A stretch of 64,000 bases of DNA from Coriobacteriia bacterium (GTDB lineage Bacteria > Actinomycetota > Coriobacteriia > Coriobacteriales > UBA8131). Each line of letters begins with the position of its first letter. Positions within the stretch are counted from its first letter, which is position 1. Made by a program: the position numbers and the translations under genes. Below the pieces are notes generated by a model, which saw only the letters and a program-made list of their open reading frames with translations, searched no databases and had not been told where the DNA came from. Positions 11,401-20,796 of the stretch are shown here, one piece after another. Where the stretch lies: contig WQXH01000001.1 of NCBI GenBank assembly GCA_009784945.1, positions 23,257 to 87,256 on the forward strand. Direction: 5' to 3'.

Positions 11401-11721
11401 AAGGTTCTTGAAGCTGCAGGCATTCCTGCTCGTAAAGTGAGGAGGGTACAAGAGGCACGCCCCAACATAGGTGATGAGATTGCCAACGGACAGATTGACC
11501 TGATGGTAAACTCGCCCTTTGGTCAAGATACGCGATCAGACGGCTTTTATCTACGCTCTGCTGCAGTTCGACACGGTATCTGCTACGCAACCACTATTGC
11601 TGGAGCCAACGCCATGGTACACGCCATCGAAGTAGCTCAGCGCAGTGCACAGGGCTCCGATGATTTGGCACCTATAGCTCTACAAGATCTGGAACAGTGG
11701 AGTGTGACCGCCCGTGTGTGA
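8443..11721 (+). CDS. carB: Carbamoyl-phosphate synthase large subunit
   Basis: Starts [30 protein letters not shown]. It has duplicated ATP-grasp halves (second: [21 protein letters not shown]) and a C-terminal MGS-like domain. About 1092 aa. Confidence 0.95.
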
Positions 11722-12538
11722 GCAGAGCGCTGTTAACTCACTGGCTCAAGACCACCGAGCCTTGGTGGTGCGTATAATTCATCTCACTGAGCCAAGCGAT
11801 TTTGACTCCAAGGGTGTGCAGCTTTTTCAAATAGATCTGGAGGCTGGGGAGCTGGCTGCTCAAGTGCAGCCAGGGCAATTTGTGCACATGGCCTTGCCGC
11901 AAGGCAGTCCACATATTTTGCGCAGACCCATCAGCGTATACAAGCGTGACATCTTCACGGGCATAGTGAGCTTGCTTATACAAATAATGGGAGACGGAAC
12001 GCGCTGCTTATCAAGCTTGGAAACAGGCACTCATATACCTGTGCTTGGCCCATTAGGTCGAGGTTGGAACAGCGGCAATTCTCATAGCTGTCTTTTGGTT
12101 GGAGGAGGAGTAGGAGCAGCACCCTTATACCTTCTAGCCGAGCAACTGGCTGCACGAGGTGCCCATGTCGATGTTGTATTAGGTGCAGCTACAGCAGATC
12201 TTTTGGTGTGCGAAAAAAGCTACACTGGCCTGTTTTCGTCAGAGCATGTCCACCTCGCGACTGATGATGGCAGTAAGGGTATTAAAGGTTTTACTACTCA
12301 TGTCGTTGCTCGCTTGATGCAAGACTGCACCTATCAATATGTGGCTACTTGCGGGCCGGAGCCTATGCTCAAGGCGGTAGTACTTCAGCAACCAGGAGCT
12401 ATAATAGAAGTGTCTCTTGAACGAAGGATGGCGTGCGGCATAGGTGCCTGCCTCAGTTGCACGTTTGACTCAACGCAAAGCAGGCTGCGTGCCTGTCTTG
12501 ATGGGCCAGTCTTCGATGGAAGAGAGGTGTGCTGGTGA
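11714..12538 (+). CDS. pyrK: Dihydroorotate dehydrogenase (class 1B) electron-transfer subunit
   Basis: FAD/NAD-binding fold (RRPISVY), a C-terminal 2Fe-2S ligand block CGIGACLSC, and position between carB and pyrD. The start codon is uncertain: GTG 11714 overlaps the carB stop, and downstream TTG/GTG codons are possible. Confidence 0.85.
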   Translation: MCEQSAVNSLAQDHRALVVRIIHLTEPSDFDSKGVQLFQIDLEAGELAAQVQPGQFVHMALPQGSPHILRRPISVYKRDIFTGIVSLLIQIMGDGTRCLSSLETGTHIPVLGPLGRGWNSGNSHSCLLVGGGVGAAPLYLLAEQLAARGAHVDVVLGAATADLLVCEKSYTGLFSSEHVHLATDDGSKGIKGFTTHVVARLMQDCTYQYVATCGPEPMLKAVVLQQPGAIIEVSLERRMACGIGACLSCTFDSTQSRLRACLDGPVFDGREVCW

Positions 12539-13464
12539 GCGTCAATCTTGCTGTCAATCTAGGCGGTCTGGGCATGAAAAACCCCTATACGGTAGCATCT
12601 GGCACTTTTGGTTCTGGTCGTGAATATGCCGAGCTTTGGGCCAGGCATGATCAGTACTCACTCAATACACTGGGAGCCCTTACCACCAAGGGTGTTTCTC
12701 TTGAGCCCTGGGTCGGAAACCCTGGAGTTCGCATTGCGGAAACTGCAAGCGGCATGCTCAACTCCATAGGCCTGCAAAACCCGGGTGTAGAGCACTTTTG
12801 TCATCATGATCTCGTCTGGCTTTCCTCTCAAGACGTGCCTGTCATCGTCAATGTGAGCGGTCATCGCAGCAACGAATATGCACAGGTCATTCGGCGTTTA
12901 GAGCAAGAGGCGGCTGTGGCAGCATATGAGGTAAATATTTCCTGTCCTAATGTTGACAGCGGCGGGATGAGCTTTGGTACAGACCCAGATGCAGCAGCGG
13001 AGGTTGTTGTTGCTTGTAGAAAAGAGACCCGTAAGCCTCTTTTGGTAAAACTCACTCCTAACGTTACTGATATAACTCAGATTGCATGCGCTGTGCAAGA
13101 AGCAGGAGCTGACGCGCTCAGTTTGATTAATACCGTAGCTGGAATGGCCATTGACCCCCTTACACGCACGAGGGTATTTGAAAGGGGAGTAGCAGGGCTC
13201 TCTGGACCAGCTATCAAACCAGTGGCGCTTCTTGCGGTTTACCGCACAGCACAAGTGGTCAGTATTCCCATACTCGGCATGGGTGGCATTAGGACGGTAA
13301 CCGATGTTGTTGAATTCCTGCTGGCAGGAGCCACTGCGGTGGCTATAGGAACTGCTTCTTTTGGCGACCCCTTCTGTGCGCCGCGCCTGGTGGCTGAGCT
13401 AGCCCACTGGTGCGAGACCGAAGGAGTGCGTTGCGTCAGTGAACTTACCCGCTCAGCTATATAA
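12529..13464 (+). CDS. pyrD: Dihydroorotate dehydrogenase B catalytic subunit
   Basis: NPYTVASGTFG, NISCPNV and the LINT..G motif; overlaps the pyrK stop. Confidence 0.9.
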   Translation: MLVSVNLAVNLGGLGMKNPYTVASGTFGSGREYAELWARHDQYSLNTLGALTTKGVSLEPWVGNPGVRIAETASGMLNSIGLQNPGVEHFCHHDLVWLSSQDVPVIVNVSGHRSNEYAQVIRRLEQEAAVAAYEVNISCPNVDSGGMSFGTDPDAAAEVVVACRKETRKPLLVKLTPNVTDITQIACAVQEAGADALSLINTVAGMAIDPLTRTRVFERGVAGLSGPAIKPVALLAVYRTAQVVSIPILGMGGIRTVTDVVEFLLAGATAVAIGTASFGDPFCAPRLVAELAHWCETEGVRCVSELTRSAI

Positions 13465-13483
13465 CCAAGAGAGGAGGCTTTTG

Positions 13484-14224
13484 ATGAATTCTTCAAATCA
13501 AATTATAGTTGCACTTGATACCGAGCCAGAGTTGGCCAGAGCGCTTGCCCGGAAACTGCAGGGTAGGGCTGATTGGCTCAAGGTTGGTATGACGCTCTAT
13601 TATGCAGCAGGGCCTGCGATCATAGCCGAGTTTAAAGATATGGGGTTTAAGGTCTTTGTTGACCTTAAGCTGCATGATATTCCACATCAGGTTGAGGGGG
13701 CAGCTCGTGTTATTGCCAAGGCTGGCGCTAACATGATTACAGCCCACGCCGCAGGCGGTGCTTCAATGATGCAAGCTGTCTGCAAGGGCGCTTCCGAAGG
13801 CTTTATAGAACGTTTCGCAGATGATAATGCAAGCGAGGCTCTCAGCAAGAATGAACGACCTATCTGCTTGGCAATTACCGTATTGACCTCCCTGGGTGCA
13901 TCCGCGCTTGCAACTACAGGGGTAACCATCGACCCTGCCCGCCAGGCTCTCAACATGGCTGCCTTGGCTAAAGGAGCTGGCATGGATGGCATCGTTTGCT
14001 CACCAAAGGAAGTAGGCCAGATTCGCCAGAAGGCTGGAGAAGGATTTGTGCTGGTGACACCGGGAGTGCGCCCAGCAGGATCTCAAAAGGGCGATCAGGC
14101 ACGTACTGCCAACCCGTCTGAGGCGCTTGCTGCAGGAAGTGATTACCTCGTCATTGGTAGACCCATTACCGATGCCCCCGACCCTTTGGCTGCTTTTGAT
14201 GCAATTTGTAAGGAGATACAATGA
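13484..14224 (+). CDS. pyrF: Orotidine-5'-phosphate decarboxylase
   Basis: IIVALD...LKVGMTLY...FVDLKLHDIPHQV. GAGGAGG (13471..13477) precedes ATG 13484. Confidence 0.9.
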   Translation: MNSSNQIIVALDTEPELARALARKLQGRADWLKVGMTLYYAAGPAIIAEFKDMGFKVFVDLKLHDIPHQVEGAARVIAKAGANMITAHAAGGASMMQAVCKGASEGFIERFADDNASEALSKNERPICLAITVLTSLGASALATTGVTIDPARQALNMAALAKGAGMDGIVCSPKEVGQIRQKAGEGFVLVTPGVRPAGSQKGDQARTANPSEALAAGSDYLVIGRPITDAPDPLAAFDAICKEIQ

Positions 14225-14844
14225 TGCAACACAAAGAACTATCGCACCCTCTGTCGAGTGAGGACATTCAAGCAGCGCTTGAGGGCTGCCAGGCAATACT
14301 CAAGGGGCACTTTAAGCTCACCAGTGGGCTTCATTCAGATACCTACATTCAGTGTTCTCGCGTGTTAGAAAAGCCCTGGCTCACCAATAAGCTTGCAGCA
14401 GAAGCGGTAGCGCGGCTGCCAAAGGAGCACGAGGTAGACCTTGTTGCCGCCCCAGCCGTTGGTGGTATTATCTTTGGCTTTGCGGTTGCCTCTGCGCTTA
14501 ACAAGGACTTTGTCTTTAGTGAGCGCACAGCTGGTATTATGGAGTTTCGTCGCTCTTTTGTGGTGCCCGAAGGAGCCAAAGTACTCGTGTGCGAAGATGT
14601 TGTTACTACCGGAGGATCGGTATGCGAGCTCATAGAGCTTGTCAAAGCCGCAAATGCGAAGGTAGAAGCCGTTGTTGCCATGGTTGACAGGGGCAAGCAG
14701 CCAGATTTTGGCTGCGCTTACCACCCGCTTCTCACCATTGAAACCCCCTCTTGGCCACCAGAGGACTGCGCAATGTGCCTGAGCAACCTGGAAATTACGA
14801 CACCGGGCTCCCGAGAGCTTGCCAAGAGCACAGCGAAGTCATAA
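14221..14844 (+). CDS. pyrE: Orotate phosphoribosyltransferase
   Basis: GHFKLTSGLHSD and the PRPP loop VLVCEDVVTTGGS; ATGA coupling to pyrF. Confidence 0.9.
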   Translation: MMQHKELSHPLSSEDIQAALEGCQAILKGHFKLTSGLHSDTYIQCSRVLEKPWLTNKLAAEAVARLPKEHEVDLVAAPAVGGIIFGFAVASALNKDFVFSERTAGIMEFRRSFVVPEGAKVLVCEDVVTTGGSVCELIELVKAANAKVEAVVAMVDRGKQPDFGCAYHPLLTIETPSWPPEDCAMCLSNLEITTPGSRELAKSTAKS

Positions 14845-14878
14845 GATAGGAGTGTCGCTATTTTGATAAGGAGATACC

Positions 14879-15190
14879 ATGCCTCTACCTAAATTGACAC
14901 CGGAGGAACAACAGGCAGCCTTAGCTAAGGCTGCTGCTGCGCGTACCGCACGTGCCGAGCTGCGCAAAAAGGTAAAAAACGGTCAAATTAAGGTCACGCA
15001 GGTTTTGCAGATGACAGAAGATCCAGTTGCCGCAAAAATCAAAGTTTCGAGCTTGCTGGAGTCTCTACCTGGCTACGGCAAGGCCAAGGTTGCCAAGCTC
15101 ATGGAAGAGTTGAATATAGACCCATCCAGGCGCGTTAAGGGTCTGGGCGAAGTTCAGCGCAAAGCCATCATAGACTACTTTAGTGAGTGA
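14879..15190 (+). CDS. mihF: Actinobacterial integration host factor
   Basis: About 103 aa with LTPEEQQAALAKAAAARTARAELRKKVKNG...LPGYGKAKVAKLMEEL. It sits in the conserved mihF-gmk-rpoZ order typical of Actinomycetota. Confidence 0.85.
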   Translation: MPLPKLTPEEQQAALAKAAAARTARAELRKKVKNGQIKVTQVLQMTEDPVAAKIKVSSLLESLPGYGKAKVAKLMEELNIDPSRRVKGLGEVQRKAIIDYFSE

Positions 15191-15193
15191 CAC

Positions 15194-15796
15194 TTGCAAC
15201 TGAATAAGAACTCAGAAGACAGTATCCCTTTGAAGGGTCGCCTTTTTGTCGTTTCAGGGCCATCTGGCGCTGGAAAGGGCACCTTGGTTTCCGCCGCACT
15301 TGAGATGCTGCCAAACTTGACGCTCAGTGTTTCTGCCACGACGCGTAACCCTCGTCCAGGAGAGGTTGAAGGGGTCAACTACCATTTTAAAAGCGACCAA
15401 GAATTTGATGAGCTCATCAGCACTGATGGACTTCTCGAGTGGGCTCGGGTTCACCAGCATCGTTATGGCACCCTGAAGGACCAAGTCAATCGAGCACTCT
15501 CTGAGGGACAAGACCTCATTTTAGAAATTGATCTTCAGGGTTATCGCCAGATAAGAGATCATGACAACGAGGTGATTTCTGTGTTTGTTGCCCCGCCAAC
15601 ACTTGAGGAACTTGAGAGACGCCTGGTGCACAGAGGCACCGAAAGCAAAGAGTCTATTGAGCAGCGACTTTGTACTGCCCGAGTGGAGATGGAAGCCAAA
15701 GACAGTTATACTGTCGTAATCGTTAATGATGACTACGAAACAGCGGCCAAGGAGCTGGTGGATTTCATAGATGAGAATAAAACTAAGGAGCAATAA
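15194..15796 (+). CDS. gmk: Guanylate kinase
   Basis: P-loop GPSGAGKGT, then ATTR.PRPGE..G..Y.F. TTG start. Confidence 0.9.
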   Translation: MQLNKNSEDSIPLKGRLFVVSGPSGAGKGTLVSAALEMLPNLTLSVSATTRNPRPGEVEGVNYHFKSDQEFDELISTDGLLEWARVHQHRYGTLKDQVNRALSEGQDLILEIDLQGYRQIRDHDNEVISVFVAPPTLEELERRLVHRGTESKESIEQRLCTARVEMEAKDSYTVVIVNDDYETAAKELVDFIDENKTKEQ

Positions 15797-16167
15797 TGTC
15801 ACTTATGCAGCCGCCCATTGACGGGTTACTGGAAAAGACCGAAAACGACAAGTTTCTACTGTGCGCAGTAGCTTCCGAGCGTGCGCGAGATATCAACGAC
15901 ATGATGCGTGGACAACGCGACCGCGCCAAGGTTCTCAATTCTGCCAACCAAATAGCGCAACTGGCCGGTCGTAAGCCGCTCTCTTTGGCCATGGAAGAAA
16001 TTGAGCGTGATGAGATCAGTTACGACAGAAACACATTCCATCAAGTCAAACTGGATGAAGAGATAGAAGTATCGATTCCCTCCGACGAAGACCTCGAAAT
16101 CGAAGCCCAGCTAGATGATGATATCAATGCCGAGCTCGGCATTGAACTAGAGCCTCAGCAAGACTAA
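15796..16167 (+). CDS. rpoZ: DNA-directed RNA polymerase subunit omega (with acidic C-terminal extension)
   Basis: PPIDGLLEKTENDKFLLCAVASERARDIN; TAATG coupling to gmk. The tail is rich in D/E. Confidence 0.9.
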   Translation: MSLMQPPIDGLLEKTENDKFLLCAVASERARDINDMMRGQRDRAKVLNSANQIAQLAGRKPLSLAMEEIERDEISYDRNTFHQVKLDEEIEVSIPSDEDLEIEAQLDDDINAELGIELEPQQD

Positions 16168-17378
16168 TGCTTGAGGGCAGCTGCCCCTATGCCTCTTTTA
16201 GCGATGCCATGAGCTTTGATCCAGCCGATTCGCAGATTTATGTTGTTCTTGTTCACTATCATGAACTTGGTCTCAAGGGAAGAAACAGGCCTACTTTTGA
16301 GCGCCAGCTCATAAGTAATATAAACAAGACACTCAAGGAGTCCGAGTTCGAGGCAAAAGTTGAGCGAATCTCTGGTCGCATACTGGTGTTTCCCCGCAAC
16401 TACGAAAAAGGGCTGGCAATGTTTGAGCTCCTGAAAAAGGTTCCTGGGGTAGCCCGGGTATCCTTGGGAGAAAAGGTCAGCAGAACTCTTGAGGGGCTCA
16501 ACCAGGGTGCACTCAGGGTACTCGAGCTATCTGAGCCCTTTAACAGCTTTAAAGTTGCTGCTCGACGCGCAAACACCAATTTTTACCTCGACAGTATGAT
16601 GCTTAATCGCGAGATAGGAGCCTATCTTGTGCAGCACACAGAGGACAAGACGGTCAAGATGACAAACCCTGATGTAACGGTGCACGTTGAGGTTATCAAG
16701 AATCAATCTTATGTGTATGCGTTCAGTAAGCCTGCTGTAGGCGGCCTGCCGGTAGGAACCGCAGGAAAGCTGGTGTGTCTGCTTTCCAGTGGGTTGGACT
16801 CTCCCGTGGCTGCATGGCAAATGATCCGCAGGGGTGCCAGTGTCACGGGCCTTCACTTTTCTGGAGCACCGCAAACAGCCGACAGCTCTTCTCACCTGGT
16901 GCGTGAGATCGCAACAGCTATGCAGCCCTACGGTGGCTTTACAGACATTCATTGCCTGCACTTTGGCAACTATCAACGCGCCATTGCCTTGGTCGTGCCA
17001 GAAAAACTCCGCATCATCTTCTATCGACGACTCATGTATGCAACTGCCTGTGAGCTTGCAGGGCGCATCGGTGCCAAAGGTATTGTTACCGGAGAGTCAC
17101 TGGGTCAGGTTGCATCGCAGACAATTGACAACATTTTGGCAGTAGACGCCGTGGCTACCCTCCCTGTGCTCAGGCCGCTCATTGGCACAGACAAAAAGGA
17201 TATCATTACCCAAGCAGAGGATTTGGGAACCTTTGCAATCTCAACCCGGAGTACCGATGACTGCTGCACACTCTTCATGCCTCGTAGTCCAGAAACTCAT
17301 GCCAAGCTCCAAGAAGTAGAAGAACTCTGGCAGACCCTGCCACATGCGCAGTGGGTCGAAGAGCTGCTCTCTGGCTAA
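16167..17378 (+). CDS. thiI: tRNA 4-thiouridine synthase ThiI (THUMP + PP-loop, no rhodanese domain)
   Basis: A THUMP-like N-terminal half and the PP-loop LLSSGLDSPVAAW, then GESLGQVASQT. The TAATG overlap with rpoZ supports 16167; ATG 16209 is an alternative start. Confidence 0.85.
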   Translation: MLEGSCPYASFSDAMSFDPADSQIYVVLVHYHELGLKGRNRPTFERQLISNINKTLKESEFEAKVERISGRILVFPRNYEKGLAMFELLKKVPGVARVSLGEKVSRTLEGLNQGALRVLELSEPFNSFKVAARRANTNFYLDSMMLNREIGAYLVQHTEDKTVKMTNPDVTVHVEVIKNQSYVYAFSKPAVGGLPVGTAGKLVCLLSSGLDSPVAAWQMIRRGASVTGLHFSGAPQTADSSSHLVREIATAMQPYGGFTDIHCLHFGNYQRAIALVVPEKLRIIFYRRLMYATACELAGRIGAKGIVTGESLGQVASQTIDNILAVDAVATLPVLRPLIGTDKKDIITQAEDLGTFAISTRSTDDCCTLFMPRSPETHAKLQEVEELWQTLPHAQWVEELLSG

Positions 17379-17447
17379 GACCAAGAGCTTACTTCTTACT
17401 CTCATCGTCTTATTTGAAGCTAACCCACTTTGTCTACTGTAAGTCTT

Positions 17448-17527
17448 CAATAATGCAGTCAGACCCTCATGTAACCCTGTCGCGTTCGCTCAACGAACGA
17501 ATGTCGCAGAGTCTGGCTGCATTATTG
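17448..17527. other. Long imperfect hairpin in the 292-nt thiI-comEA spacer
   Basis: CAATAATGCAGTCAGAC (17448..17464) pairs with GTCTGGCTGCATTATTG (17511..17527), 17 bp with one G-U. An inner CGTTCG/CGAACG hairpin is present. No T-run follows. Confidence 0.4.
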
Positions 17528-17670
17528 GCAGACCTGAGGTAGTACCAGTTTAGATACAGCTGTACTGTAGAAGGAGTAGTTTGCTCACAGTTAAGAAGTC
17601 ATTAAGCGCCAATAAAGATACGCTCTGTACTATAGAGGGGAGATTTATGCTACAGGTTTAGGGAGAGCGC

Positions 17671-18405
17671 ATGGCTAAAGGCAAAGATACGGTATTGTCA
17701 GGATTGGAAAACCTCTCTTTTGTAGAAAGGCTCAGCTCAAGATTTGAAATACCTCCGCGCCTGCTGATAGGCCTAACAGGTAGTGCAATTGTCCTACTTC
17801 TTCTGGTGGTGTTTTGGACTAGTCTTGTAAAGGAAGATGCTACCGTGGTACTAAGCTCTGAGGCATCCACCTCAGGCGCCATAGAAAATGCACCAACAGA
17901 TTTTGATAACTCCACCGCTGAGACTCAAAACACACTGCCAGTAGAACTGCCTCAGACTTTTGTAGTGTATGTGACCGGTGCAGTATCAAGTCCCGGGCTG
18001 TATACGGTATCGAGCACCAGCAGGGTGGGAGACGCAGTGCAGGCTGCAGGAGGGCTGAGCCCTGAGGCTGCATCAGCAGTAGTAAACCTTGCTCAAATGC
18101 TTACTGATGGCATGCAAATCCACATACCGAGCACCGATGAAGTCGAATCTAATGCGCCCGTACAAATAGTGCAGCAAGCTACAGACACTGCAGCGCCCCC
18201 CGGCGGCGTACCATCACTCGTTAACATTAATACTGCCGATTCTGCCACATTGCAAACGCTTACCGGTGTTGGCCCAGCAACAGCTCAAAAGATTATCGAA
18301 TATCGTACTACCTATGGGCCCTTTGCGAGCAAAGAGGCATTAAGGCAGGTATCGGGTATCGGCGAAAAGAAGTATGCCGCTGTAGAAGCCTTTATCACCA
18401 TATGA
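17671..18405 (+). CDS. comEA: Competence protein ComEA (membrane anchor, SLBB-like region, C-terminal helix-hairpin-helix DNA-binding domain)
   Basis: An N-terminal TM segment and the C-terminal VNINTADSATLQTLTGVGPATAQKIIEYR...GPF...L..V.GIG. Confidence 0.85.
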   Translation: MAKGKDTVLSGLENLSFVERLSSRFEIPPRLLIGLTGSAIVLLLLVVFWTSLVKEDATVVLSSEASTSGAIENAPTDFDNSTAETQNTLPVELPQTFVVYVTGAVSSPGLYTVSSTSRVGDAVQAAGGLSPEAASAVVNLAQMLTDGMQIHIPSTDEVESNAPVQIVQQATDTAAPPGGVPSLVNINTADSATLQTLTGVGPATAQKIIEYRTTYGPFASKEALRQVSGIGEKKYAAVEAFITI

Positions 18406-20777
18406 GGCGTCCCCTGCGACCAGTGTTGCCGATCTTGCTTCTTCCCCTGGCATCATGTTGGAGTGCAATCCTACTCGCGTCGGAGTTAGCTTATAGGCAA
18501 AGCGCAGTTACCCCTGCTCCTTCACTGACATGTGCCATAGTTATAGCAGCCTTGAGTGCTCGTTGGTTTTGTAAGGCACGGCCAAACGTGCAGGGCTCAT
18601 TAGGTGCTAAGCGCTTAGTGATAGTGATACTTACCCTCATGGCATTTTTATTGGGCTTTAGCTCAGGTGCACAGTTTTATGGAGACATTGCAGGCCAGAT
18701 AAAAGGAGGAAGTGATCTCCAGGGTCAACTTGATCTCTTGGTCATAGACGATACTAGAATGCACCTCCGCTCTTTTAGCTCTGTAGCCCTTGTGCAGTCC
18801 AGTGCGGGCGCTCATGAACGCGTGAGAGTCTTTTGGAATGACGCCAATCAGGTAGTGCCCAAAGGAAGCGTCTTGCAAACAAGAGCTAGTTTTACACCCT
18901 TAAGAGAAGACCAGCGCTACCTTTACCATAGGGGAATAGTAGGGACACTGAGCCTGTCAGTAATTGAAAACATAGGGTTTTCCTCTGGATTCCTGGGTGC
19001 TATCGATCAATTCCGGCACGACAACGTGCAAAATATTACGAGTATAGAGGGAGAAGGCGCGGCCTTGCTGCTTGGCATCCTATTAGGCTATAGAGAAAAA
19101 CTGCATGGCTCTGTTGTTGAGCAGGATTTCTTTACCTGCGGGCTTTCTCATCTGATAGCAGTTTCGGGCACCCATCTGGCGGTAATAGCCGCATTATTTG
19201 GCTGGTTTTTGAGACGCTTGCCCTTAAATCGCCCCCTTGAGGTAGCCATTTTGCTTACCGCACTACTTCTCTACGTCATACTCACGGGGCTACAGCCTTC
19301 GGCAATTCGCTCGTCCATCATGGCGGGTGTAGCTGCCTGCTCGATCTTCGTAGGACGGCGCGGCCACTCGCCTTCTGCCCTTGTTGCAGCAGCACTTGTT
19401 ATGCTACTGGTGTACCCTGCCAATGCTTATTCGCTTGGCTTTTGGCTATCGGTATTTGCAGTTATGGGCATCACACTCTTTACCAATCTTGTTGCTCATT
19501 GGATCAAAAATGCTGCACCTCTTCAAAACAACAAAGATCCTGGTGCTCTCTCTCAGGCACTAGCCTTAACGATAACAGCAATGGCAGCAACCATGCCTTT
19601 GTCTATACCTGTCTTTGCAGCCTTACCCTTGATAGGACCGTTGGCCAATTTGTTGGGAACCCCACTCATATGCCTGTCTTTAATGCTCGGCATGACAGCA
19701 CTGGTGATAACCCCATTTGCTCAAGCAGCAGGTTCATTTTTACTTGAGCTTGCTGCCTTTATCTCAGAGGCCTGCGCCCAACTAGCGGCCCTCATGGTGC
19801 GCATACCTGGAGCATCAACTCCGCTGGATATCTCTTTAGCTGGCGCAGTTTGTCTGGGCATTGGGCTTTCTGCTCTTTTGTACTATACCTGGCCTGTGCC
19901 TCATGCAAAAGCATTGCGCAGAGCCGCTGCCCTGCTGTGTGCTACCGCGTTGGCGCTTTTTGTACTCTCCCCGCTCTTCGTTAATCCAAGACTGGTCGTC
20001 ATGGACGTAGGACAAGGCGACGCCCTTCTGGTGCAGGATAGAGCAAGCGCCATTCTCATAGACACTGGTTCGTCAGACACCGCTCTTACCCATGCCTTAG
20101 CGAGAAACAAGATACGCAACTTGCAAGCGGTAATAATCACCCATTTGGACGATGATCATGCGGGAGCCCTCAGGCGTTTGCGTGGCTTGGTGTCAGTTGA
20201 CAAAGTATACTTTGCCTACGGGCTTTTAGAGCACTGCCCAGATAATGTCTTCATTGCTGAGGCTCAAGCGCTGGTGGGGGAGGCTAATGTGGGAGAACTG
20301 AAATCAGGCGATGAGTTAAAAGTAAGCAACGCTTTGACCCTTCAAGTACTTTGGCCTACAAGAATAGCCTATGAGGGTTCAAACGCTGAAAGCATTTGCC
20401 TTCTTTTACAGTACGATGCTAATGAAGACGGAATTCCAGAGCACCAAGCCTTACTGACCGGAGACTGCGAACAAGAGGAGTTGGCACTTTTACTTAAAGA
20501 ATATCCAAACCTTGAGGTTGCCCTGCTCAAAGTGGGGCACCACGGAAGCAGAAAGGCGCTTACAAGCGAGCAAGTCCAAGCACTGGGCTGCAAGGTCGCC
20601 TTGATAAGCGTAGGCGCCAATAACACGTATGGCCACCCCACAAAAAGCGTGCTTGATGCCTTGAGTGCCCATGGCGTTATAACGTTGAGAACTGACGAGC
20701 ACAGAGATATTACCTGCGTGTTAAGTGGCGATACAATTAAACTCAAGTATACTGACAGAGCAGATGTACACTACTAG
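18402..20777 (+). CDS. comEC: DNA internalisation competence protein ComEC/Rec2 with C-terminal metallo-beta-lactamase domain
   Basis: A polytopic membrane core with GLSHLIAVSGTHLAV, and an MBL domain with VMDVGQGDA, HLDDDHAGA and VGHHGS. ATGA coupling to comEA. Confidence 0.9.
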   Translation: MRRPLRPVLPILLLPLASCWSAILLASELAYRQSAVTPAPSLTCAIVIAALSARWFCKARPNVQGSLGAKRLVIVILTLMAFLLGFSSGAQFYGDIAGQIKGGSDLQGQLDLLVIDDTRMHLRSFSSVALVQSSAGAHERVRVFWNDANQVVPKGSVLQTRASFTPLREDQRYLYHRGIVGTLSLSVIENIGFSSGFLGAIDQFRHDNVQNITSIEGEGAALLLGILLGYREKLHGSVVEQDFFTCGLSHLIAVSGTHLAVIAALFGWFLRRLPLNRPLEVAILLTALLLYVILTGLQPSAIRSSIMAGVAACSIFVGRRGHSPSALVAAALVMLLVYPANAYSLGFWLSVFAVMGITLFTNLVAHWIKNAAPLQNNKDPGALSQALALTITAMAATMPLSIPVFAALPLIGPLANLLGTPLICLSLMLGMTALVITPFAQAAGSFLLELAAFISEACAQLAALMVRIPGASTPLDISLAGAVCLGIGLSALLYYTWPVPHAKALRRAAALLCATALALFVLSPLFVNPRLVVMDVGQGDALLVQDRASAILIDTGSSDTALTHALARNKIRNLQAVIITHLDDDHAGALRRLRGLVSVDKVYFAYGLLEHCPDNVFIAEAQALVGEANVGELKSGDELKVSNALTLQVLWPTRIAYEGSNAESICLLLQYDANEDGIPEHQALLTGDCEQEELALLLKEYPNLEVALLKVGHHGSRKALTSEQVQALGCKVALISVGANNTYGHPTKSVLDALSAHGVITLRTDEHRDITCVLSGDTIKLKYTDRADVHY

Positions 20778-20796
20778 ACGGAGAGACTTGACACTG

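Noticed and set aside
20725-20796. Upstream start of holA overlapping comEC
   Set aside because: ATG 20797 lies just after the comEC stop and gives a typical delta-subunit N-terminus. The longer form is not needed.
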